Positions 45,637 through 52,128 of a stretch of DNA of 52,128 nt are shown here, in pieces. The position numbers and the translations under genes are program-made. The stretch is from a virus. Lineage: Duplodnaviria; Caudoviricetes. The notes under the pieces are model-generated. The model was not told where the DNA came from and ran no database searches. It was given only the letters and a program-made list of their open reading frames with translations. Positions within the stretch are counted from its first letter, which is position 1. Each line of letters begins with the position of its first letter. The stretch is taken from positions 1-52,128 of the IMG/VR virus record IMGVR_UViG_3300005828_000112. One strand, given 5' to 3'.

Positions 45637-45894
45637 ATGGGGGCACTAGCTGACTTGCTTCGGGACAAGCGCGGGGCTCGAGCGCGCGTCGCGCGTCAGG
45701 CCGAATGCAGCTTCAGGTCGATCCGCCTGGCCGAACGTGGCGAGCTGCGGTCGCTGCAGGCCGCCGAACGCATCGCAGCGGTGACCGGCTGCCCGATAGC
45801 CGAAATGATGCCGTTCGCCGATGCAGGCGCGGCCAGAGAGGGCGACAACGATGGCGACGAAGAAGACGAAGGCGAAGACGCGCGACATCCGTGA
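45637..45894 (+). CDS. Cro/XRE-like HTH regulator
   Basis: RARVARQAECSFRSIRLAERG...AERIAAVTG; first gene of the rightward operon. Confidence 0.75.
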   Translation: MGALADLLRDKRGARARVARQAECSFRSIRLAERGELRSLQAAERIAAVTGCPIAEMMPFADAGAAREGDNDGDEEDEGEDARHP

Positions 45895-46489
45895 TGAGCT
45901 CGTGCCGCGCCTGTTTTCTATCCGCGCGGGGATGCCGATCGAACGCTTCACGCCGCCCGCCTACGTCGGGCCTGACGTGCTCGTGGTCGATGCGCCCTGG
46001 AAGCCCAGCGACAAGCTACCGGGCCCAGGTCGCGGTGCGTCGAAGCACTACCAGACGCTGACCGTCGAAGACATCGCGCGCTTCCCGCTGCCGCCGACCG
46101 TGCACGATTCGGTGCTCTTCTTCTGGCGACTGGCTTCGATGGTCGACGAAGCGCTGCATGTGGTGCGCTGCTGGGGATATCAGCCGAAGTCAGAGCTCAT
46201 CTGGGAAAAGCTCACCAAACACGGCAAGCGGCACATGGGCATGGGTCGATACGTCCGCAACGAACACGAAGTGTGCATCATCGCGGTGCGCGGCAAAGCC
46301 AAGCCGCTGGTGCACGACCAGCGTTCGATCTTCGCTGCGCCCATCGGGCAGCATTCGGAAAAGCCCGATGCGTTCTATGAGATCGTCGAGCGGATGTATC
46401 CGCAGTCGCGGCGCTTCGAGCTGTTCAGCCGCCGCCATCGTGCCGGCTGGATCCAATACGGCAACGAACTAGGAAAGCTGAATCAATGA
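45851..46489 (+). CDS. MT-A70-family adenine methyltransferase
   Basis: DAPW (DPPW position), HYQTL, LFFW, WG......WEK, GMG.Y.R..HE, HSEKP, ELFSR...GW..YGNE. Confidence 0.92.
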   Translation: MATKKTKAKTRDIRDELVPRLFSIRAGMPIERFTPPAYVGPDVLVVDAPWKPSDKLPGPGRGASKHYQTLTVEDIARFPLPPTVHDSVLFFWRLASMVDEALHVVRCWGYQPKSELIWEKLTKHGKRHMGMGRYVRNEHEVCIIAVRGKAKPLVHDQRSIFAAPIGQHSEKPDAFYEIVERMYPQSRRFELFSRRHRAGWIQYGNELGKLNQ

Positions 46490-47157
46490 GCAAGGCGATA
46501 GTCCTTTTCTCAGGAGGCATGGATTCGACGATCGCGCTTTTTTGGGCGCGTGCGCGTCACGACGATGTCGTCGCACTGACGATCGAATATGGCCAGAAGC
46601 ACTGGATCGAGATCAGTCAGGCATCGAAGATCGCGCGACGAGCCAAAGTGCGACACGAGATCGACCACATGGGCGCGAAGGGGATCGGTCCACGTTGCGC
46701 ACTGCGATCGATCGGAACGCGCATCGACAGCGAAGAAGCTGCGATCGTGCCGGGTCGGAACCTGATGTTCCTTGCGATTGCTTCTGGCTGGGCGGAATCG
46801 ACCGGATCCGACGCGATCGTCGCGGGGTTTTCGTTGGAAGATGCCAAAGCATTTCCAGACTGCAGACCCGCGTTTGTTCGCGCCGCGCAGGATGCTGTAT
46901 CGACGTCCATGGATCGCAGGATTCGGATCGACGTTCCGCTGATTACGCTATCGAAATCCGATGCGCTCCATCTGGGGGCATCGTTGCCAGGGTGCTGGGA
47001 ATCGATCCTATTGTCCTGGACCTGTTACGAACCGCGACCCGTCGGGCTAACTTCGGGATCGTTTACGCAATGCGGGCTTTGTCCATCCTGCACAAGACGC
47101 GCTGCTGCGTTCGCGGCTGCTGGTCTCACTGATGCGGCTTTGGAGGCTAGGGGTTGA
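46486..47157 (+). CDS. queC: 7-cyano-7-deazaguanine (preQ0) synthase
   Basis: SGGMDS PP-loop, YGQKH, VPGRN, FPDCR, TCY...CGLCPSC Zn motif. Confidence 0.95.
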   Translation: MSKAIVLFSGGMDSTIALFWARARHDDVVALTIEYGQKHWIEISQASKIARRAKVRHEIDHMGAKGIGPRCALRSIGTRIDSEEAAIVPGRNLMFLAIASGWAESTGSDAIVAGFSLEDAKAFPDCRPAFVRAAQDAVSTSMDRRIRIDVPLITLSKSDALHLGASLPGCWESILLSWTCYEPRPVGLTSGSFTQCGLCPSCTRRAAAFAAAGLTDAALEARG

Positions 47158-47507
47158 TGACGATTACGATCAGTCGCGTTTACAGTTTCCAGTCGGCGCA
47201 CTGGCTGCCGATGGTCGACAGAAGCCACAAGTGTGCAGCCATGCATGGCCACAGTTATGAGCTTACTGTCGAAGTCAGCGGAGATGTCGACCCGTCTGGG
47301 TGGATCCGAGACTTCGCTGATGTTGATCGATTCGTGGATCCACTGGTCGCTCGACTGGATCATCATTGTTTGAACGACATCATCGGGAACCCAACATGTG
47401 AAAACGTCGCGGTCTGGTTCGCCACGAATCTCCTGGGTGATCTTCCTGATCTTGCGTCTGTCCGGGTGGCTGAAACAGGGAGATCAAGCGCGAAATGGTT
47501 ACGTTGA
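47154..47507 (+). CDS. queD: 6-carboxy-5,6,7,8-tetrahydropterin synthase
   Basis: F.SAH.L, CAAMHGHSY, DF, LDH..LN, PT.EN, ET motifs. Confidence 0.95.
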   Translation: MMTITISRVYSFQSAHWLPMVDRSHKCAAMHGHSYELTVEVSGDVDPSGWIRDFADVDRFVDPLVARLDHHCLNDIIGNPTCENVAVWFATNLLGDLPDLASVRVAETGRSSAKWLR

Positions 47508-48121
47508 TCCTGTATGCGTCCAGGACCGGAACAAAGCGGAACCTCGCTGAGATGAGGCGTTTCGGCTGGCGTGTACTGATCAGCGCTGCGGGTGTCTGGA
47601 GATCGGAAGGTTTTCCCTATGCGATCGACAACGGCGCATGGACGTCGCATCAGCGCATGGAACCGTTCGACCATGGTCGATACCAGACACTGCTATCGAT
47701 GATGGGCGTAGGCGCTGACTGGATTGTCATTCCCGATGTCGTCGGGGATGCCCATGCGACAGCTATCATGACCGATCGGTGGGTCCCGAAGGTCGCTTCA
47801 CTGCGGGCGCTTGCGGTGATTCAAGACGGTGCGGATGCGCGGGACCTAGATCGCCTGTTGGGTCATGTTCATGGCTTCTTCCTGGGCGGATCCACTGAAT
47901 ACAAGCTTGCGAATCTCGACTCCTGGGCGCGGTACGCGCTCGAGCGAAATCTATATTTCCATGTCGGTCGCGTGAATAGCGCCCGCCGCATTCAGAAGTG
48001 CAAGGCTGCGGGTGCTCATTCAATCGATGGGACGTCGGCCAGCCGGTTTTCAGCAAACACAGCGGGCTTGACCAGGGCAGCCATTGCCCCAGCTCAGCTG
48101 TCGATAAGGTGGGCGAAATGA
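47495..48121 (+). CDS. Minimal TGT/DpdA-like deazaguanine transglycosylase
   Basis: IDNGAW (compare DSG of TGT/DpdA), PDVVGD, V.QDG, FLGG, HVGRVN, SIDGT; coupled to queCD. Confidence 0.7.
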   Translation: MVTLILYASRTGTKRNLAEMRRFGWRVLISAAGVWRSEGFPYAIDNGAWTSHQRMEPFDHGRYQTLLSMMGVGADWIVIPDVVGDAHATAIMTDRWVPKVASLRALAVIQDGADARDLDRLLGHVHGFFLGGSTEYKLANLDSWARYALERNLYFHVGRVNSARRIQKCKAAGAHSIDGTSASRFSANTAGLTRAAIAPAQLSIRWAK

Positions 48122-48189
48122 CCGCGATTCAGGTGATCCTTGGAGTCGGTCTGATGACCGCACTGTGGCTGGCTTGGCTTGAACGATGA
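48118..48189 (+). CDS. 23-aa hydrophobic micropeptide
   Basis: MTAIQVILGVGLMTALWLAWLER; ATGA overlaps at both ends; TAAGGTGG RBS. Confidence 0.55.
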   Translation: MTAIQVILGVGLMTALWLAWLER

Positions 48190-48755
48190 CCGCGCTTGCG
48201 CTTGCGATATCGACCCTGCTGACGATCTGGGTCACGCCCGCTGGGGAAGCCATCTACGTCGCACACGCGCGTCGAGCTGGCGGCGTCGACCGCGTCAACG
48301 AGCTGGCGGCCGCGATCGATGCAGGGGCGCGGCTGACCGGTCAGGATCCCTGGCTGCTGGCGGCGCTGGCCTACCACGAATCCGGGCTGAACCCTGAAGC
48401 GGTGCAGCCACGCACGCGCGCCTGGGGGCTGCTGCAGCTTCATCCCAAGGGGCGCGCGTCGCGCCGCGCGATGCGCTACTGCCGCCGGCGGTCTGATGCC
48501 GACTGCATTGCCGCCCAGGTGCTTTTCGGCGCACTGCTGTTCCGCCGTGGCCTCGAGGCATGCGCGCGCGGACTGGTGGGTGCGCTGTCGTTTCACCGGT
48601 TCGGGCGCTGCGACCGCGACCGCGACCGGGAGCGCGCTGTGCTGGCGCTGCGTGACCAGATGATCGCCCGTGGCGCTGGTGCCATCGGCATCGCCGCCAG
48701 CCGATCGGCTGCGGGTCGGCTGGCGGTTTCCTACAACGTGCGGGTGAGACAATGA
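48186..48755 (+). CDS. Lytic transglycosylase (SLT-like) with N-terminal signal/anchor
   Basis: DPWLLAALAYHESGLNP.A...AWGLLQL. Confidence 0.82.
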   Translation: MTALALAISTLLTIWVTPAGEAIYVAHARRAGGVDRVNELAAAIDAGARLTGQDPWLLAALAYHESGLNPEAVQPRTRAWGLLQLHPKGRASRRAMRYCRRRSDADCIAAQVLFGALLFRRGLEACARGLVGALSFHRFGRCDRDRDRERAVLALRDQMIARGAGAIGIAASRSAAGRLAVSYNVRVRQ

Positions 48756-49144
48756 CGACGAACAAGGATCACGGGCGAAGCTTCTCGGTCTTCCTGGCGA
48801 AGCTGGCGGAAGGCGACGCAAACGCGGAGCTGACCGACAAGCTGCAGCGGCTGACGAAGCTCTGCCACATGGAAGCGCGGGCGCGTAACGCGAAGGTCGG
48901 CGGCGAAATCACGCTGAAGCTCAAGCTGTCGTGCGACCCGCGCGGGATCGCCGCCTTCGACTGGGATGCAGCCCTGAAGGAGCCGAAGCCCAAGCGCAAC
49001 GGCGCGGTGATGTTCACGACGAAGGAGGGCCATCTGTTGGAGGAGAACCCACGCCAGATCGTGATGAACCTGCAGGACGTCGCGACGATGCAAAGCCGGG
49101 TCGACATCGATGCGGCCGCGAAAATGGAAGGCAACGATCAATGA
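48752..49144 (+). CDS. Conserved phage protein that precedes DUF2303
   Basis: GEITLKL, P....MFTT.EG.L..ENPRQ pattern. Confidence 0.7.
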   Translation: MTTNKDHGRSFSVFLAKLAEGDANAELTDKLQRLTKLCHMEARARNAKVGGEITLKLKLSCDPRGIAAFDWDAALKEPKPKRNGAVMFTTKEGHLLEENPRQIVMNLQDVATMQSRVDIDAAAKMEGNDQ

Positions 49145-50085
49145 GAGAACACAGCGAAAACAAGGATCTGATCGACTTCGCGAAGGAGCAGCTTCGCGCC
49201 GAGATCGTGCGCCCCTATGAAGGGGGGCCGCCGATCGTCATGGCACCAAACGGGGTCTCGCTGCGATCGGTGAAGAAGCTGATCGATGAATACGCGCAGC
49301 GCCCAGAACGCAAGATCGGCGAAACGACGCTGACGACCGTTCTGAGCTTCGTCGACTTCGTCCTGCGCCACAAGACGCCTGACTCGGTGGTCTTCGTCGA
49401 CGATCGACACCAGGAACGCCCGTGCATGACCGCCGTGATCGACGCCGACAATGCTGGCGTGCAGACGCCCGAAGGTCGGACCGATGGCGCGAACTGGGAA
49501 TCGTACCGCGGCGTGTATCGCTTCCCGGTCAGCCCCGAATGGGAGGCATGGTCGAAGGTATCGAAGACCGAGCTCGATCAGGCCGCATTCGCTGAATACC
49601 TGGAAGAACACATCGCCGACGTCATCCCGCCCGACACGAAGAGCGAAATGCTGTCGGCCTTCGTGGCGCGGGTCGGGGTGAAGATGGCATCGGGCGCCGA
49701 GCTGATGACGCTGTCGCGCGGGCTATCGGTGCGCGTCGATCAGCGCGTGTCGACGGTGGTCAACCTATCGACCGGCGAAGGCGCGGTGAACTTCGAAGAA
49801 GCGCACAAGGATGACGCAGGCGGTTCGCTCAAGGTGCCTGGCGGCTTCGGCATCGGGATCCCCGTGTTCAAGCTGGGCGTGATGTACGTGATCCCGGTGC
49901 GGCTGCGGTACCGCGCCAGCAGCGGGCGCGTGCTGTGGCGCATTCAGCCTTACCGCATGTCCGAAGTCTTCGAGCATGCGATCAAGGGTGTCGCGGAGCA
50001 GGTTCGCGAAATGGCGGATGTGCCCGTGTTCCGCGGCGCGCCTTGCATACCGCTGTTCGAACGACACAGCCGCGACGACGACTGA
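49141..50085 (+). CDS. DUF2303/YfdQ-family protein
   Basis: SPEW..W, Q..FAEYLEE, VP..F.IGIPVF, VRLRYR. Confidence 0.85.
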   Translation: MREHSENKDLIDFAKEQLRAEIVRPYEGGPPIVMAPNGVSLRSVKKLIDEYAQRPERKIGETTLTTVLSFVDFVLRHKTPDSVVFVDDRHQERPCMTAVIDADNAGVQTPEGRTDGANWESYRGVYRFPVSPEWEAWSKVSKTELDQAAFAEYLEEHIADVIPPDTKSEMLSAFVARVGVKMASGAELMTLSRGLSVRVDQRVSTVVNLSTGEGAVNFEEAHKDDAGGSLKVPGGFGIGIPVFKLGVMYVIPVRLRYRASSGRVLWRIQPYRMSEVFEHAIKGVAEQVREMADVPVFRGAPCIPLFERHSRDDD

Positions 50086-50891
50086 TGGCGCAGATCGATC
50101 TCGCTGCGCCCTGGTCATCGCTGCCGATCGTCGTGTTCGACTGCGAAACTACGGGCCTACCGCCAGGCGCCGAAATCTGCGAACTGGCCGCGGTCCGCTT
50201 CGAAGCGGGCGAGGTCATGTGCTCCTTCCGGTCGCTGGTGAACCCCGGGATCCCGATCCCCGCTGAAGCGACCGCGGTGCACGGGATCACGGACGCGCAG
50301 GTCGCCGACGCGCCCCCGCTGGCTGCGGTCGTCGCGCGGCTGCTGGACGTCGCGGTGGATGCGGTGCCATGCGCGTTCAATGCCGATTTCGATCGGCGGC
50401 TGCTGCATGCGCGCGTGACGGGCATCGATGCGCCCCTGATCGATCCTGACTTCCCCGGATGGCTCGATCCGCTGGTCATCGCGCGACGCATCGACGGGAC
50501 GCGCTACGGGCGCGGCAAGTACACGCTGGGCGCGCTGTGCGCGCGCTGGGGCGTGATCTTCGACGCGCAGGCGGCACACACCGCGCTGGGCGATTGCATC
50601 GCCACGGGGCGCCTGCTGTGGGCCATGCGGAACAAGATCAAGCCCGTGCCGCTGGGCCGCATGCTCGAGCACACCGAACAGCTGCGCGCCGAAGACCAGC
50701 GCCGCTATGAAGAATGGGCCCTGCGCACCTTCCGCGGCCCCAACGTGCTGCGCGGGCTGGTGCTGGCTGCCGCCTTCGCACTGGGCAAAGCCAGCGCGTC
50801 CGCAGACGATCAGCCCGACGAAGGCACACTCCCAAGTGTGCCCGACCAGTCCGACGCACTAGGGCTGGTGTCGTCCACGAATGCCACCTAA
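50085..50891 (+). CDS. DnaQ-like DEDDh 3'-5' exonuclease
   Basis: VFDCETTG, VHGIT, FNADFD, AHTALGD. Confidence 0.92.
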   Translation: MAQIDLAAPWSSLPIVVFDCETTGLPPGAEICELAAVRFEAGEVMCSFRSLVNPGIPIPAEATAVHGITDAQVADAPPLAAVVARLLDVAVDAVPCAFNADFDRRLLHARVTGIDAPLIDPDFPGWLDPLVIARRIDGTRYGRGKYTLGALCARWGVIFDAQAAHTALGDCIATGRLLWAMRNKIKPVPLGRMLEHTEQLRAEDQRRYEEWALRTFRGPNVLRGLVLAAAFALGKASASADDQPDEGTLPSVPDQSDALGLVSSTNAT

Positions 50892-50896
50892 GTGCC

Positions 50897-50925
50897 TTGA
50901 TCCTCCGATGCGTCGTCGCTACACG
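50897..50925 (+). promoter_or_regulatory. Promoter for the replication operon, probably leaderless
   Basis: TTGATC-N17-TACACG, then 7 nt to ATG 50933 with no SD. Confidence 0.5.
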
Positions 50926-50932
50926 CTGACGC

Positions 50933-51136
50933 ATGGAAAAGAAGAATGCTGGTAGGAGGCAAACGACGATGCCCGTGCGCGTCGATCGTGGTCTGATGCG
51001 CCGGGTGCGCATCGTCGCGGCGCACCTGGGCACATCGATCTCGGGCGTGATCGAAGAAGCGATCACCGCGGATCTGGTCACCAAGGAACGCAAGATCCGG
51101 GGGGCGTATGTCGCAGAGTCCCAGCAGGGCAAGTAA
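50933..51136 (+). CDS. Ribbon-helix-helix regulator
   Basis: MPVRVD strand, LMRRVRIVAAHLG, SISGVIEEAI. Confidence 0.75.
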   Translation: MEKKNAGRRQTTMPVRVDRGLMRRVRIVAAHLGTSISGVIEEAITADLVTKERKIRGAYVAESQQGK

Positions 51137-51386
51137 GCGCGGCGCTGTCGCCGAAGCGATCTGGGATGCGCTGGAAGTCGTCGACGCACTGCACGACCTG
51201 ATCGAGGGGATCGGGCCGGACGATGGGACCGTCGAGCTCGTGCATTCGTTGGGGCGCCACTACGTGGCGTTAGGGGAGCTGGGGAAGGACGACCTATGCC
51301 GGATTCGGCGCGTGCGCGCGCTGCTGCTGGCCCTGGGATCGGAACGGCTGGCGGAGCTGGGGGGGCTTGCGCTGGAAGGGGAATGA
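51108..51386 (+). CDS. Hypothetical protein
   Basis: G-rich RBS; overlaps the RHH gene. Confidence 0.55.
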   Translation: MSQSPSRASKRGAVAEAIWDALEVVDALHDLIEGIGPDDGTVELVHSLGRHYVALGELGKDDLCRIRRVRALLLALGSERLAELGGLALEGE

Positions 51387-51389
51387 CCG

Positions 51390-52128
51390 ATGAAGCTAGG
51401 CTACGCGTTCGCGCCTGCGCCGTTGAATCTGGCCATGCGCTGGTACCAGGTATCGTTCTACGATCGCGCCGTCGGGGGCGAACTGTACCGCGTCACGGCG
51501 GGCGAAAGCGTCGCGGTAGGCGATGACTGGGTCGAGACGATCTGCTGTCGCATGGGCGTGTCTGGGCCCCAGCGGCCGAACCTGATCCGGTCGCTGCGAC
51601 GCCTCGAGTCCAAGGGGCTGATCCGCATCCGCGAAGGAATGCTGACGGTGCTTTTCTACGCTGAAGGCGTATCCGTTGACGATGCGGAAAAGACAGCCCC
51701 AGCGGACGAAAAGCGACGTCCAGGTCGATCCCAGGTCGCACCCAGGTCGCACCCAGGTCGATCCCAGGTCGATCCCAGGTCGCACCCAGGTCGCACCCAG
51801 GTCGATCCCACGTTTGACCTAAGTGTCGGGGATCCTTCACTTCACAAAACACAGATCAGATCAGATCAGATCAGAAGAGAGAGAGATCAGAGCGCGCGCG
51901 CGGAATCCGGGCCCGAAATCCAGCCCGAAGAAGCGCCCGAAACCGGGCCCGAAGAAACCCCGATCCAGCCCCCCAGCGCACCGCCGCCGCAGGGCCCCCC
52001 AGAAGCCCCGTCACGGCCCGACGTGCCGCAGGCGAACGACCGACCGGACGAAGCGAGAACGGCCCGCGCTGCCCACTGCCTACTGCTCACTGGAAAGTTC
52101 CCCATGCACCGGCCCGATGCGGAAACCC
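51390..52128 (+). CDS. Replication initiator-like protein, truncated by the window end (absent from the ORF track)
   Basis: Frame open from ATG 51390 (MKLGYAFAP...) to the end; wHTH-like NLIRSLRRLESKGLIRI; iterons inside the gene. Confidence 0.75.
   Translation, partial: MKLGYAFAPAPLNLAMRWYQVSFYDRAVGGELYRVTAGESVAVGDDWVETICCRMGVSGPQRPNLIRSLRRLESKGLIRIREGMLTVLFYAEGVSVDDAEKTAPADEKRRPGRSQVAPRSHPGRSQVDPRSHPGRTQVDPTFDLSVGDPSLHKTQIRSDQIRRERDQSARAESGPEIQPEEAPETGPEETPIQPPSAPPPQGPPEAPSRPDVPQANDRPDEARTARAAHCLLLTGKFPMHRPDAET
51719..51817 (+). repeat. Iteron-like array: 8 tandem 11-mers CCCAGGTCG(AT/CA) plus one degenerate copy
   Basis: Units at 51719 (begins TCC), 51730, 51741, 51752, 51763, 51774, 51785, 51796; degenerate copy at 51807. 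Confidence 0.92.
51852..51890 (+). repeat. (CAGAT)4 followed by a GA tract, purine-skewed origin element
   Basis: CAGATCAGATCAGATCAGATCAGAAGAGAGAGAGATCAG. Confidence 0.85.

Larger units (their letters stand above)
1..52128. mobile_element. Tailed dsDNA bacteriophage (Mu-like head genes, contractile tail), near-complete genome or prophage
   Basis: Continuous packaging, head, tail, baseplate, lysis, recombination and replication genes in phage order; no host housekeeping genes and no att site seen. Confidence 0.97.

Noticed and set aside
46486-47157. QueC as part of a Qat or type IV CBASS defence system
   Set aside because: Canonical length and motifs, adjacent to queD; no QatA/QatB/TatD or CD-NTase genes
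7514-51390. Stop-codon reassignment suggested by in-frame stop-NNN-ATG junctions (7514/7518, 24951/24955, 26391/26395, 31088/31092, 31475/31479, 51386/51390)
   Set aside because: Both TGA and TAG are involved, and the recognisable flanking genes are complete, normally separate proteins in code 11; best explained as tight gene spacing
51719-51817. CRISPR array
   Set aside because: Repeats are 11 bp, contiguous, have no spacers and lie in a coding frame; no cas genes
1-52128. Apparent excess of GATC/CGATCG and preference for GAA over GAG before G
   Set aside because: Cannot be quantified by eye; plausibly explained by ATC/GAT codon use and avoidance of internal SD-like GAGG; needs a Markov-model k-mer test

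Overview
The whole window is a high-GC tailed dsDNA phage with a contractile (myovirus-type) tail. It is probably most of one genome, cut inside the replication initiator gene at the right end. It has four transcription blocks. (i) 1-1122 (+): end of an early/middle operon. (ii) 5458->1196 (-): small hypothetical early genes behind a near-consensus sigma70 promoter. (iii) 5795-42103 (+): late operon with ParB-MTase, TerS, TerL, Mu-like portal, MuF, ClpP protease, scaffold, Mu-like major capsid, a 7 kb block of extra virion-like genes containing a tRNA, sheath, tube, frameshifted chaperone, tape measure, baseplate, fibres and lysis genes. (iv) A divergent early region: leftward YqaJ/RecT/Xis-like genes, and rightward Cro-like HTH, MT-A70, QueC, QueD, TGT/DpdA-like, SLT, DUF2303, DEDDh exonuclease, RHH and an initiator with iterons. 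No integrase, CI repressor, transposase, reverse transcriptase or CRISPR array is visible. The most unusual items are: a structurally intact 76-nt tRNA with an AAA anticodon, C37 and a Gln-like body; a lower-GC MT-A70/queC/queD/minimal-TGT cassette that predicts 7-deazaguanine DNA modification without queE or folE; a MuF protein with a C-terminal HExxH peptidase plus a candidate immunity gene; a secreted 7-Cys mini-protein coupled to recT; a structured intergenic RNA candidate; and an identical AT-rich 12-mer in both leftward promoters 40 kb apart. All family calls come from motif recognition by eye and from gene order, not from database searches.
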